A DNA stretch of 64,000 nucleotides from Phoronis australis (lineage: Eukaryota > Animalia > Phoronida): the NCBI GenBank assembly GCA_002633005.1, contig NMRA01000773.1, forward strand, positions 26,509 to 90,508, written 5' to 3'. The translations under genes were made by a program, and so were the position numbers. Positions 11,441-26,052 of the stretch are shown here, one piece after another; positions within the stretch are counted from its first letter, which is position 1; the number at the start of each line of letters is the position of its first letter. The notes under the pieces are model-generated. The model had not been told where the DNA came from, ran no database searches, and worked only from the letters and a program-made list of their open reading frames with translations.

Positions 11441-14400
11441 ATTTCCAGCGATGAAAGAAACTCCAGTAACGCGCAAAAATAGAACAAGATATACATTTTC
11501 GTCAGGACATTCTCCGAGCATGTAATGAGGTGTAATCACTCACTTAAGCATGACTGATTTCAAATTTTGGCAGGAGGTAACGCGAAAACGTTCTCTTTAT
11601 GGACCACAGTACATCCGAATTTGACTCCCGCTCTTTGCGAGCAACCGTCACGGCATCCTCGTTTCTGATATTACAAATTCCGTCTCATCTCATGAACATA
11701 GAGCTGAGAGTCATCGTGGTGTATACAGATTTCCTTCCCTCTAATAAAGCTGCGTCAAAAGCCTTACCGAAAACTCTACAGTGTCGACGTTTGCAAAATA
11801 TCAAAGGTCCACTGGTCTAGAAATTCGAACCTTCCCTCGCTCATTGCTGGCTACGGGCCTGCCTTTGGTCTGGGAGAGGGTTCTAGTCCCGGGATTGAAG
11901 TTTATTCACCGTTTACGGGAGTATTTTCAGCGCGTGTGGTGTTTTGAGGAACTGATCTGGAGATTGTACCACATGTGCAGCATCTGATGGGAACTTTGAT
12001 CTAACGGGTCGTAGCTGAAATTTAGAGGCACGACAACCGAATCCATCCTATGATTATACACGATTTCAAAAATTAGATTTCAGGCAAACACACTTCACCG
12101 CCAGCAACCTGTGCGATATTTAACGCGGGGCTTGACTGATTTCCATTAAGAACCGATTTATGGGAATTAGGTGAATGAAAAACACTCGAGGCGTAATCAC
12201 GTGACATGCAAGAACAAATACAAAACACTACGAATCCAAGATTGCCCTTCGCAACGCTGCAAAACACGTGGCTAAAAACTTTGTTTTTAAGCATGTTTGA
12301 ACCCAAAAGTCCCTTTTGATCGTTCGGCATGAATAAATGTGGTAGCAGCCTGCGGAAGCCCACTTGCCTCGTATAGTGCCGATTGGCTGATCTCACGCGG
12401 ACATCATTGTAGTCTTTCAATTCATTAACTGATCGATTGGTTTCACATCGTCCCAAAATACAACACACTACTAGAGACAGACGGAGAGGCATACAAATGA
12501 ACGTATGGACAAAAAATAAGACTTATGGTATACGAAAAATTAAACTTAAACTGAAAGTGGAAACTGGCCGTTTTTGGTATTTGTACTCGTGCTTAGGTGC
12601 GTTTGTGTGGTATTTGTACTGCTCTATGCGTAAAGGCTGAAATGCATTTCCGTTGCCTGGCGATCTCTATACTGATCTAAGAACCATATTATTTGCAGAG
12701 GTCATATTGGTCTGACCCTCATTTGGCGAGCAAGGAATTCAGAACCGGTTTGTTTTCTTAATGGCTAATATCACCGTGAGTAAATGAGTTATAAATCATT
12801 TTTGTTTATAATGCATTTCTCAGGCGAAAAAAGCTCTTATTTGCTACTTGAATAATAGTGATTGAGAAGGTTGGTCTGATTTTCTTTTTGTCATTGTATA
12901 CTTGTACATGTAGGCGTTGCCCATTCTTTATACGATCTCTTTGGAAGTGGTGACTTATAAGCCCACGTTGTGGCTGGGTAGCAATTGCTACAGGCCACTA
13001 AAATGAATGATTATTGATTGATTGATTGACTGACTTAAAACTAAAATAGAGCATAGAGTCGATCTTGTTATATTCCTGATAACTCAGAGAATGCAAGAGT
13101 ATCGTGGAAAACCTGACAACGGGGTCTGACAGACGAACCAATTTATATTGCAGGACGTTGAGTCATTCGTTATTGTAGTGACGTAATGTCCGAAAAAAGA
13201 ATGATATACAATATCGACACCATGTACTAAATAATTGTTTATGGCATGCTCTTGTTAAAGAGCGTAACACTCGAAACGTGGGGAATATTTTAATATATTT
13301 TAGTACCGACGCTCGTCGTTTCACTTTTACTATTTTATACTCGTCTCCGTCGGTATCTGCACGGCATTCCAGCACTACATATTAATACGATAATATAAAT
13401 ATTATCAGTCACCGGAGAATGAGTTATGAAGGGATATGACCCGAGCCCGCCGGTGTTTTTTGTTATGAAGTACTATGGGAAGTTTTTGAGCAGTTTTTTT
13501 CAGTAGTTCTGGAGATGCCAGTAAACTTTTTGCACCATCTAATCAAAACAGCTTTTGTCAAGTAAGAAAGTCAGGCAAGAATATCCTGTTTAATAGTGCT
13601 GTTACCGGGTTTGGAAAAAAAATGAACATCTGTGGATTCATAAATCTTTAGAAACTTTCTATGAAATAATATTTTGACTGATGTTGATATTCTGTATTGA
13701 AATGGATAATAATCACAATTGCAATCAGGTTCTACAAGGGTAGGTTAATTAAGAATAGCAGTGCCCAGTTTGTTTGCACAACTGCATGATAACTCGACTC
13801 AGGGCGATGGCACCATCTGTTTGCCAGGCCACAGAGAGTGCTGTTCTTCAATGGAACTATTAATGGATATGTAAGCTTATATTTGCCGAATGTGAGTCGA
13901 TTTTGACCAAAACTATACCGTTGTGGTCGGCATAAGCTAATTCATGACTGAATTTCAGAATTGCAACCGTTGAAAAACCGAATGCTCAGGCACATTCCAC
14001 TGACAGACAGCAGACTACTTATCACTGCCGTACATCAAACGGGAAGCTGAAACCTAAACATAGCCTCTGCATAATTGTAATGTGGCTATCAGCAGTAGCG
14101 GATGCAGGACTTCAGATAATCAGCTCAGCAAAATTTTATAATGCAACCTCCGAATTCACTGTGTAACATATCACAAACAAATTCTTAATTCTGAGCTTTT
14201 GAGGATTCACGACGGTCACAATACAAAGGGTTTTTTGTTACAAATCTATATGTGACTCGTCCGATGCTACTTAACGTCCATTGATAGGCTAAATCAGTGG
14301 TTAACTCGGTTCGTGAATTCCCATGATCTCTTTTGTTTTTAGTCAAAAAGTCCGCGCACCCAAAAATTCGAGACCCCTGCATTCCTACATTTTAGGCTGG

Positions 14401-14817
14401 GCGCGCGCATCTGCCGAAATTCTTGTTATTCCTGTGCCCTGGCCCCCTAACTCAAAATCCTGGATCCGCCCCTGAAAACTGTTAATTGTATGACATTTCT
14501 GTCTCAGTTTTTAATTGCTAAATATCGTCGTCTGGAACTTAGTCGCCAATGCCTCGGAAACTACAATATCAACTGTTGTTATTTAACTATTTTCAGGACA
14601 AGTTCAATGAACAATTACCGTTGTTTTCATCTTTGTTATCTCTTTTCAGGTAATAAATCGTTTCATTTAAAACTGTTTCTTTTACTAGAGAAAATTTGTA
14701 ACCTAACGCGCAAGTACTTCATCTACGCCACTCTCGGTATGTTTTGTGTATATAGTCAACACAATGGACATTTAGAGTTATAATACAAACGCACCAGGAT
14801 TAGTTTACATGATGGTG

Positions 14818-15120
14818 TTCACACCGGACTGTATATTTACACCCGACTGTATATTTATAGCCGACTGTATGTTTGCATTCGACTGTATGGTTACACCCGA
14901 CTGTACATTTACACCAGACTGTATACTTACACCCGACTGTATATTTACACTTGACTGAATATTTACACCCGACTGTATATCTACACCCGACTGTATATAT
15001 TTACATCCGACTGTATATTTACGTACGGTGTGTATTTTTCTCACATAAACACATATACACACGGGTGTAAAGCTATACACACGGGTGTAAAGCTATACAC
15101 ACGGGTGTAAAGGTATACAC
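14818..15120. repeat. 18 bp minisatellite (ACACCCGACTGTATATTT, ~11 copies) followed by a 20 bp repeat (x3) with the inverted core
   Basis: Direct reading. Related TTTACACCCG / CGGGTGTAAA motifs at ~15225 and 17110-17170. Confidence 0.9.
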
Positions 15121-15627
15121 TCGTGAGGGAGTGCAACAATTACACCACCTCCAGAGATAACGTAACGTAAATGTAAATTTTACACACGCGCAAATATTCA
15201 CCTGGCACATCTGAAGGCGATCTAAATTTACACACGGGCGTAAAAGGTAGATCCCACCGCCAAATGTGCCATTACGAAATCATATCTGTGATGTAATCTT
15301 GTCTTAAAACAACACCTCTTTTCAACGGCCAAAACATCCTCTGTTATCATGAGTGCTTTGACATCTTTTATTGAAATGCTGTTGCTGCTGCTAGGTGAAA
15401 TTTTCACCGGCGATTTTTATGACACGGTGTCACTAGGCATACTTATAATAATTTTATCAGAACAAATCAGTTTTTTGATCCACTTTGTATTTTTTTTCAA
15501 TTTGAACGCTGACTTTCCAAAAGCCAACACGTCATGAACAAGACCCGACCACGCCATGTTTTGCTTACATCAACAATGATGTAATCAGTATCAGTGATCA
15601 CTCACCAATTGTTGAAACGAAGGCTAC

Positions 15628-15940
15628 ATGTATATCCACCAGCTTGACCTGCAGGAACAAGTCACTATCTTCAGGCTAAGAACCGGCCACTGCCACATGC
15701 ATCGCCTGAAAATCTCTCACACAAACGCATGCCCCTGTGGCACTGGCCCCCAGACACCTGAGCATTCACTGCAGAGCTGCCCTACGTTCGATACCCTAAG
15801 GCGCCAGGCATGGTCTAGTCCGTTGGTCGGAACTCAAGGTAAAACTGTGGGGCCCGACGGCATCATTGCGGCGATCTGCAGACTTCGCCCAAAAGACCAG
15901 ACTGACTATCTAAGCTACATGGCCGGGAACGCTGAAGAAG
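15628..15940 (+). pseudogene. 3' fragment of a non-LTR retrotransposon (I/Nimb/Ingi-like C-terminal zinc knuckle)
   Basis: EQVTIFRLRTGH...CPCGTGPQTPEHSLQSCP motif, followed by a short GAAGAAG tail. Exact clade uncertain. Confidence 0.8.
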
Positions 15941-16329
15941 TGTTGTTGCCGGAAACCGCGAACACTGAGTCGTGCGCGATCTTTTAATATGCGACTTCCA
16001 TCTATATCAGTCTACTACTGGGAAATTCGAAAATTATCATTCGAGGGATGGCCTTATGGAAATTTTCAGCAACATGACCTACAAAGTTGTTGGCTTTGAC
16101 TGAACCAATTTCACGTATTCATGAGAACAAGAAAACAAGTGCTTTCGTAACTCCGCCAGATTACAAAAAGTGCGGTTACCCAAATCTTGTCTGCATTCAT
16201 TACGAAATGACTTTAACCTGTGATGTGGATTATATGTTTGTAATATATTCGAGGAATACCTGGCAGAATGAGTGAATGATGCATTTCACGTAAATAGACC
16301 TTCGGCCCACATTACAAAAACATGATAAC

Positions 16330-17090
16330 AGAGAGTATAGGATATCCAAACCAAGACTTATTTACACCAAGAAACAAACTTCGACGATTCTCAGCATTAA
16401 TTAAAGTATTTAGCAATTTTTCCCAAATTGTATCAGTCATGGGTCTGTTGGAGATCCCTGAATACTGCTTCATCCACCTTATCGAATCTGGGTAAGAACT
16501 ACAGGCGCAATTCAGAATAAAATTTATATTTGACAAGAAATTACATTTCTGATATTATCTTCCTTCTATCGCATGAGGGTATGTTCTCTCCTCCCTATCA
16601 AGACCAATGAACCTTCCCTTAACTATCATTATTAAAGTATGAGCCGAACATCTAAATCTTGCGAGGGCTGCTCTAAGTGAGCTATTTCCTAGACATGCTA
16701 TGCATTTTTCAATAACAAAATCAATCTTTACAATTTTATAAACCTCTAACGATTGGGAAGATATGCTGTTACTCCAATCCTGGATATAAAGTTCAAGGTC
16801 ACAGCATCATTGCTGAAGGCCTATAGAAGAAAATCTGCATTTCACAATTTTCAAACGACCCTTCGTTTCTTAAATTTTCATTATTAAATGTGTTTTGCCA
16901 CAAGTCCATTGATCTTTCTTCATATATGCATACTTGTTGTTTGCGAGATAGATCGATAACCGAACCTCAGAGCTATACAGTTTTAAGGCAATTGTTCTAA
17001 AAGAATCTTCTTTACTAGTAAACGTTGCTTGTGTCGACTTACATTCGAAATGTAAAGGGTACTGATGGAAAATATTGCTTTTCTTTTTCC
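16330..17090 (-). pseudogene. Decayed 3' part of an RTE-X-like LINE ORF
   Basis: Minus strand reads QYPL..., QDWSNSISSQSLEVYKIVKIDFVIEK..SLRAALARFRCSAHTL...KGR..LDREER, matching the FRxSxHxLxIExGR C-terminal LINE motif. Many stops and frameshifts. Confidence 0.65.
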
Positions 17091-19189
17091 TCATGTGAAC
17101 GCAACGTGAATTTACATTTACACCCGAGTGTAGATTTGTGTATGGTGCATATTTACGTACGGGTGTAAAAATGCAGCATATACATGTATGTTTAAAATTT
17201 CAAAATTAGTCGAGTTCATAACATCAAATGTATCTCAGAAATGGCTGGTTCTGTGGATTTGATGTGAGATCTTCGCAGCCGCACACAGCACGCTGGTATT
17301 AAAATGAAAGATGTCGCAAACCTTTCCATGGAACAAATTTGTTATTCACAGGTGCTTTCGTGAAAGCCCAATGTGCCGTGAACAACATTTTAAGTTCACA
17401 ATTGCTTCAATTATGGATAATAATGGAATTCACTTATTTCTCACACCGTCAATTCAAGCTGACCACATCTGGTTAATTGATTCTATTCTACAAAAATCTC
17501 CTCAATAATTGCCTTATCTGCAGCTGTAAAAAACATGCTTACCTGAATTAACGGCACTGACAGTTTTACTCTTACTACGTTGGTATGAGTACGAGGACAC
17601 TTAGTATTGAATTTTCAATTGTTGTACATGTACATGTATGTATTTCCTCTATCGACTGCCTGCGCCATATTTATTTTCGACCAGAAGTCTCAAATTGCTG
17701 TGGCATTATGGACAGTATCGGTTTTACAGCCAAAAAGTGCAGTTTTTGGGATTATTGTTCGATGGACTTGTTGAAGTTATAAGGTTTGACGAGCTTTAAA
17801 ACATTAGAATCTATTGTGTTCGTAGCAGTTCATTACAAATTGCAATTCTCGCAGTTGTCTGCCACATAATCGCTAAAACCGAGGCCGATATTTTACCATT
17901 TAAAGAACTCGGTAATATTTACTACCTAGGGCCCCTCAATTTTAAGTTGCATGTACATATTAAAGTTTTCAGTGAATTAAAATTATTTTTTGTTAAACCG
18001 ATTAGTCCGATAGTAAAATTGTTTTGATGTAAACAGGGAATTTCCGAATACAGGCCCATTGGCGGATATTAAGAAAAATGACCTTTCAAAAACGTCAAAT
18101 GAAATTGAATATACGCCTGGGCGTATTTTCGTAAAGGGGGCCGTATTTTCAAAAATTATGTCAAATATTGTGTGATGCAACTTTGTTAAACATACGCTAT
18201 TTGCGGAAGTTTTTAAGTACACATGTCCTTTTTAAGATATGTAGTATACTCTCACTAGTAAGAATTTTATTTGTTCATACACACTTGGCTCACAAGCAAG
18301 CATTCGTACTATGCTAACAGCAAAATGCATCACATTTTTAAAACATACTCATGGGTGCACTTTTGGACAGTATGCACTTCATTTTCCATTGAAACACAAG
18401 ACACATAACACCGAAATTGTTTGCTGCTACCTTGACGTAAATTTCACTTCCTCCAGAAAATCTACGATTTTTGAACAGCGTTATTGTTAAGCCTCTATCT
18501 TGTTGTAAACATTTACTTCCTCTAGAATACTTACAATTCTTGAACGACTTATCTTTGAAAGAACGCCACTTCTCTCGGAAGCTGGCCTCGTTGTGACGAC
18601 TGGCCTCGCACTTGGAACACGCTCTGTCTCATCAACAATATTTTGCTTAGTCACAATTTTCGTTAATTTCCAAATAATACCCTGGTGCAGACTCATAACA
18701 TGCTTATGTACCTTTGTTGATGAAAACTGTAACAGATATTTATGTGTCTGACAGTCTTTAACCGAGTATTTCCATTACATTGTACTTCCGGAAGTGTTTG
18801 CATGTTGTTCCTGTAAAACTAATCAAAATATTACAAAAATAAACCTCACGTACCTTAGGTGTAGTACCTCGGGCTGATATCGCTGCGAGGTCTTCTAAAA
18901 CTGACTGCTTCGTTATCCGTCGTATTTTACTCACTGAGTTGCAACACGTGTGAAACGTCTCAACTGGTATGGTATTTTTGTAAGTACATACAGTAAATGA
19001 CAAGACCGTTAAAAATATTGATGAATCCTTCAATAGTGATGTAACAAATTGCTAGTTGGACGTCTCACGAGACAGAGTAGGTCCAGCGTCTTAACAGCTA
19101 CATGTACGACTGACAACATTCACTCAGACTTTTGCATGTTCTCGTCTATATCTGTGATGTTCATTCAAGCCAAGACGCCTAATATTTAA

Positions 19190-19834
19190 AGTTGCACTTC
19201 GCCCTGTTTAGCTGGCTAAAAACCGAAAATCGAATGAGGTCTCTTTCTCTCTTAAAATGGGTCTCGTGATATGCGTTACTGTGATAGGATTCTTTTTCCG
19301 TTGCTAAGTCAAGTTACAGGCAATTTGTAGGTTACATGCGCCATTTTCGAACCCGCACTTTTAGCAGTAAAACAAATTGTTGCAACGAATACTTAGGTTA
19401 TTTTTGACTAACTAGATATAGGTGGCTTTCATGCAAGCGGCTTCTTAGCCTTTTGAAAGCCCCCTTGTCTTGTTTTGATATTTGAAAGTAATGAATGACT
19501 ATTAAAAATATAGTCTTAGTAAAACTTTAGTTTAGTTGTTCACCTTTGGCTACTACAACTCCCACTCATGTCACTTAGTAAGTAGGAACGACTTGTGAAG
19601 ATTCATGACTATTTGTATTATGAATGGCTAAATAAACTATCTATCTACATTTATATATCTAAATGTATCTATCTATCTATCTAGGATTGGTTTTCGTGAG
19701 TCGCTGATGGTTTCGATTTTCTTTCTGGTAACAGAAATAGAATCATATCACAGTAAGGAAAGCTAAGAGGGCGTTTTTTATAAAAGCAAAATAACTAATT
19801 CCATTTTTGTTGTTAGCTAGCGAAATGCACCTCT
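19190..19834. mobile_element. Old TTAA-AG (Kolobok-like) MITE with imperfect long arms
   Basis: TTAA|AGTTGCACTTCG start shares ~130 bp with 25229 onward. Right arm ends GCGAAATGCACCT. Related fragments at ~21770-21940 and (inverted) ~36700-36895. Confidence 0.45.
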
Positions 19835-20583
19835 GAACGACCGTTGCGTTCCATATGCTAGGCATAGGTACGAACCAGTCTAAGTGTTAGATAAACTGTG
19901 CGCAGATTGTATGGACGTATGACTTACATACGGAAATGTCATCCAACATTTTTATTTCTGCAGAAAATTAGCGATGAGATGCACAGCAATAAATTAATCA
20001 GGTTAACTGTTAACAAACTTGCCAAGTGGAGTGAACGACACCCTTCGAGTGCATCTGCCTTGTTTGTTTTCGGTGCTCAGTGAAGTGTCATCAATCGTTA
20101 GTAATCAACAACTCTTCCAAAAGGGCACGAGCAGTGGTGCTAATTTCAGACACATCATCACGTTTTGTAGAATTAATCAATTCAATTCAAATAATAACAT
20201 CAGAAACCGGCGCTCATTTCTGTAACAAGAACCTGAAATATTTCTGGCTGTAGCAGGGATAGTATCTTGAACTGCAATCCTGGTGATGCTATTTCGTCGC
20301 TCATTATTTGCTTAGATCTGAATTCTGAATGAACTCCAGTTGATGTGAACAGGTTAGTAATCCATGGACGGGCTCGAAGATTTGGAATCGCGGATAGGAT
20401 GTCACCGTGTATAATGGTTACCCCAAGGGCCCCCTGGGATTGTGCGGTCCTGTGTGGGTAACAGTTTCAGTGAAATATCTGTTGTAGTTCATGAGGATGG
20501 CACCTCCTTTAAAATAGCGCTTCTTGGACTTCACAATGCCAACTACGGTGGGCGTGGCCTAACTGTACTTGTTCGTCAGAACT

Positions 20584-21169
20584 CTCGCTGATTCCCTGAG
20601 CGTGTCCGCTAGGCTGTAGAGGACACGCAGGTATCATTCAGTAGCATGCGTTTTATCAGTGGTTGATGTAACTTCGGCAGTCACTGGTTAGTTTTACCAC
20701 AAAGAAAGATAATGACGGTCCGTGAACGATTTTTAGCCTTGTCATGCAAGTTGCGTGGCAGCAAATATTTCGTTTCTGCAGTAATGTGTAATAGTCGTAT
20801 GCTTGAAGCTCATACAATGCATACACACATCTGGCAGATTTAACCGGTGTATTATTCATACTCTGTGAATACAGCACAGCAACGTTAGCAAAACTCAGCG
20901 ACAGTGGACAAATGCTCACCGGAAAGGCACCGCCACAACATTCCGATTCACACTTCTTGAACATATCCCAATTAAGCTCCGATTAACAACAGACCACAAA
21001 CTATATCCACCGATTTACACTCCCGTCATCAGTCAAGCCAGTCTGTTTATGTAAAGCGTTACCTGTTGAGAATTAAACCAGCCAATCAAAAACGCCGGTG
21101 TAAAAAATTTCCGATGAAAATTAAATGATACCTGCGTGTTTCCTAGCGGACACGCAGGGAACCAGCAAG
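20584..21169 (+). mobile_element. ~560-590 bp TIR element (CTCGCTGGTTCC... family), copy 1
   Basis: ~45 bp imperfect TIRs ending ACGCAGGTATCA. Body aligns with 27741-28298 and, inverted, with 56289-58115. Confidence 0.8.
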
Positions 21170-23579
21170 TTTAGGAACTATACTCGGACACTCGCATGTG
21201 AATGCTAATGATATCACGTAACTCTGGATAGGCATGTGGACAACCTGCGAGGACTTGCGTAATCTCGCAAACCCATGAGACACTGGTTGTTTCAACTCAC
21301 CCCAGCATTTCATCAAGGGAGAACAAACCCGTGCGTCTGCCAAAATTCTTTTGATTTAAGATGCATCGTAATAAAGTCGGTTCCATCTTGTTTCTTACAT
21401 AAAATGTTTTCTGGGCTTCAAAACAATCGTTTGCTCGTTATTGCTCGTCATGACAAGTTAGTTTAATTGCCGCCAGGGTAATATCAGACATTTTATCACA
21501 ACCGATTTTAATTTGACGAAATTATAAGATTACACAACGGCTTTGCTTTGGAAGATTACAGCAATTAAGCTTGTGAAGAAAGATGATTTCTACACCTATT
21601 GTGGACAAAAGTTGGAATGCACATTACTAAACCTGAAGATTGTCGTTATTTCCTAGTTTGTTGTTATTGTTTTTGGTATTTAGTTTGCAATTACATGTAC
21701 CGATTACCTCTACATGTACATACTCAATCATAATTTCTGGATAAATTAATTTGGACTTCGCTTGTTTGGTCTGATAAAATGAAAATCAAATTTGGCCATT
21801 TACTCTCATAAAATCGCTCTCTTAGAACTCCTCACAGTCATAAGCTCCCATTTCCGTTACCAACAAGAACATTGAATTCACCAACAGCTCCAGAAAACAT
21901 TTCAAAGTTTATTGAAGTTAGCCAACCCTAAAACTGCCAATAAGAAAATGACACGTGTATGCGTTTCGTGTGACTTGAGTTTCCTGCTCACTAAGCAGCA
22001 ATTCAAGATCGGATGAGAGTTGCGATGTTTTTAAGCCCTCTTCGTTACATTGTCGGCGAGCGCGGAGTTGAATCCCACACAAAGATGGTTGAGTATTTTT
22101 TGTCGTATTTAAGTAGGCGTATCTGGTAACGTTACCGGCCTTGATTTCAACAAACGACTGGCAGACAATGGCGAGAATTCTTGATTTGTAAGGAGATCAC
22201 ACAACTACAACGGGTATTGTTGTTTTATAGCTTATGTCAATTGGCTAATCACTTCAAAGTTTATACCATCCATCTTCAACATTCCAGAAAATGCGGATTT
22301 TTGGCCGCAGAATCGATAGCGACCTTTAAAAATTCAACGTCGCCAGCTAAACTCCAGCGAAAAGACTCTTTAACCAGTGACGCCGCATAGAATGAAAGAC
22401 AGAAAGAACAAACGAGTGTTTTCTGGAAATAAAAATGGCGTTTTGTAATTTCCCGAGCTCGGAACTAAAAAAAAAAAAACACGTTTTAGTGTTTACACTA
22501 CCATTTTCAAGCGTTTTTTCTGAATTAAAAGGTCAAAAGCTGGTACAAATTTACCAAACTGTAAACAAAACCACTTGTTTTCCAGTTTTCCCCACGAGTG
22601 TAAACATTTAGACACAAAAACTTGAATTTTACAAGATGCATGCAGTAATAGTACCAATGCAGTGAAAATTAATAAATGAAATCGGTCACTGTGAATCAGC
22701 GTCCCCTTAGTTACGTATTCGCAACCGGTTTGATAACATTTTAAGCGGCTATAAACACACATTCCGTTTCTTCAAAGGTCCAACACGTGATCTAGATCAC
22801 TATTTGAATAAGGCGAGAAGTGACTTCTAGACACGCACAAAATGACAGCATATTTACGTTCCTTGACATCAAGCCAAACTCATGATAATATGGCATGGAT
22901 CTAAGTTGACTAATAACTAACTCAAGACCAATTTTATAGCGACAAATTATCTAAATAAACAATTATTTCATGGATGGCGGGCTCATAGCGTAATTTTCAT
23001 TTGGGAGCTCCTATATAATTCTTACGACAATGCTAGGTCCTGTCGAACAAAGAATGGTGGAACATGGTTTAACGCTCAATTTATTTTTTTTTCAAATTCT
23101 TTTCTCTATTTTTACTTCTAATATTTTGTGGTAGATTACCCGCCGTTCGTAAAAAAGTCACAAACCATGTAAACACTCCAGTGGAATTTCCTTTCTCCTT
23201 TTGTCGGACTTGATGGAATGCAGATCCACTTTTAAGCCAAACTGTGTGCAAGACGAATTCATTGAGTAGACGCAAACTGACCGAAATCAATGACTGAAAT
23301 CAATGGTAACTCGACACGCAATCTAATCTGTCAATTCGATTTTGCCTGGCTGATTTTTTGGCGCTACATACAGATGGTTTCTCGCCTGGATTGGAATGTC
23401 AGCCACTAGAAGGATTGTTATGTCACGTGAGGAACCTTTGACGGGTCTTCAAATATTTTACTTACTTCTGAGTGCACAACTACTTGAGGAGTGCCAGGCA
23501 GTGCCTGAGCCACTCCCATGTGATCCCAGAAGAGTGGAACTATCTGGGCAAGTGCGATTGCACTCGCACGCTTCGAATG

Positions 23580-23739
23580 CAGTGCTGTAGTGGTAAAATT
23601 AGAGGTAACTAGGCGCCCAGAGCCCACCGTATCACCTCGAGCACTGAACTTAACTTACGGTGTGTAGGCGCTATGTTCAAATGCCAAAAGGTGGTTGGCT
23701 GCGCCTACGTGCGCCTACGCCCCACAACGTACAGCACTG
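23580..23739. mobile_element. hAT-type MITE
   Basis: TIR CAGTGCTGTA / TACAGCACTG. 8 bp flanks TTCGAATG / TTCGAATA. Confidence 0.8.
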
Positions 23740-25228
23740 TTCGAATACCATGCATAGCGCGATTTCAGGAGCGTCCTGTAGACAAAAGCGAGATCAGGCA
23801 AATTCATGAGAGTGAAAGGCGAATGTCCGCGAGCATGCTTCAGTAATTTAAGTGATTACTTGTTGAGGAAGGAATTGGATTATGGGATGGAATTGAGAAC
23901 ACGTGGTTTCGTCGTCCATCTTAAATGTCCAATTAGATAGAGTATATATATTCACGTGCAGGTTAGTAAAACATGTTCTTGAAACTTATGTACGAGAAAG
24001 TCAAAGCTGCGATTAATTCTCAAAATACCCGGATGGTCTTAAACTCGTTATTATTTCTGACAACTACGTACAATGTACGCTCTAATTCGGACGCATTTCA
24101 AATGCCTATGATGCCAGCCAATATACTGTAATTTGCGACGTAGCTACGTTGTTAGTGAACCGCAAACAAAAGATTTTGAGTCTTTAAGCTACTGTAGTTA
24201 AAGCTTTGTACTATTGAAATTGCAAATTATTTCCATCACCGGTCATCTGATGACGAACGAAGTCGAGGATGGATAAAACCTTATTTCACAAGTAATCTGA
24301 AAGTTTTTATGTGCAAAAAACCCACAATACTCACAAAGTGATGACAAGAAAGCACTGCCTTCTCCGTTGGCTCACTATTTCAAGAGAAATCTGCATTTCA
24401 TTTTCGGTTCCCCCGTACAGCGTCCTGACCAAATCACTTTACCTAGTTCTCTACTACGCTAGTGCGCATGGGCTATGCATGCCTAACTCGCAACCATAAA
24501 ATCGTTTCTTATGGAATACAGTTACCCGTTTCCGTACCACGAAGGAAGATTTTTTCTCTGCAAGGTCGACGGAACTCGGTCCTAGCCACCCTTGCAATAT
24601 TAGTCTAGTATTAACCTTTCACTGCCGGCCCTGAGCAGGTGAATCAAAATAGGGTTGCAACGAAACTAAGCTGTCTTATTATCAAATAATCCTACGACAT
24701 GCTATTGAGTTATTATCAAGCTAATTTTCTTATCCGAAAGCCAATTCTTTCCTGAACCAAGTGAACCATCATTTTGATACCGATTTTCAAAAAAAATATT
24801 GCTTGTGTGAATAATCACGTCAAAGTACGGCAAATTTAACAAGACCACAAGATTTTGTGAAATGACGTCAGAAATTTAACAACTAAAATGTTATATTTTC
24901 AAACGAATTTTCTTTTCTTGAAAATGAGTTATGCAGTACTTTGAATAAAGTTTCATATAATTTAGTTTGGGTGGATTTCGTGTTTTGAGATTAACACGAA
25001 ACTGGTACTGTTATTTCCATATCACTAAAAAGGCCAAAGATGGTCTTTTGCGTCTGATTTGTACCTGTCAGTTTCATAATCTAAGCCCAAACAATAAACC
25101 TAACAGCGACAGATGTTTGTGATATTGGAAATCTAGACTAGAGAGACGCCTGTGACGTCATGATATGGGCAATATAATGATGATAGGGACAGCTGCCTCG
25201 ATAAAGTCAGTTCTATGTAAACGTTTAA

Positions 25229-26052
25229 AGCTGCAACTCGTCCCGTTTACCTGGCTAAAATACGAAAATCGAATGAACTCTTTTACTTTCATAAAATTGA
25301 TCTCCTAATATTGCTTAACGTGAAAGGATTCCGTCTCCGTCACCAAATAACGTCACAGTCAACGCACCACTTTGAATTCGCCATTTCGCGGTTGGCCAAC
25401 CTCAATAAACTCTGAAGCAAGTTTTTGAGTCGCTGACGATTTCGGTGTTCCTTTTGGTAACGGAAATGGAATCCATTTTGGAATATTACGAAAGCAAAAC
25501 GCGTAATTCTGTTTAAGATTTTTAGCCAGCTAAAGAAGCCGAAATGAGGCTTCAATAAAAATTGTAGAAATTAGTGTCTATTTCCTTTACGGGTAGAAGT
25601 TCGCACTATAATCTCGGTCCACAAAATGATTAAGCCCCTCGTTGCTTAAGATCATTCTAGTCGAGACAAATAATGCCCATTCAACACAACTAGAAATGCT
25701 CTAAAACCAACTAAATTTATTACGTTTTTTTTCGTTCAAAATTATTTTTGGCTGTGCACCACCATCACAACCACCAAAATGGCTGCCGTAATGAGTCACA
25801 GCTGACTCACGCATTGTTGGTACTCATTTAACCCCGCCCACTTTAATAAAAATCAAAATGAATAGAAACAGTGCTGAAAGATACGAAATTCATGTATTTT
25901 AGTGATCGTCTGACGAAATTCACCATGTGTTCTGAATCTGTGAATGTAAAGGAAGGATGTGTATACATGTACATTTAATGTGAGATAAACTGTTAAAATG
26001 CATACTTAGTGTCAAAACTATGGTCAATATTTAACCAAGGCGAAGTACAGCG
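25229..26052. mobile_element. Old Kolobok-like MITE related to the 19190 copy
   Basis: TTAA|AGCTGCAACTCG start homologous to 19190. Candidate right end GGCGAAGTACAGC at ~26040-26052. Right TTAA not preserved. Confidence 0.4.

Noticed and set aside
14805-15080. ORFs with IQSGVN / YLHPTV repeats
   Set aside because: Translation of an 18 bp minisatellite.
18487-19033. Possible further THAP relic on the minus strand (CKHF and a basic tail)
   Set aside because: Motif spacing is inconsistent and no element ends were found.
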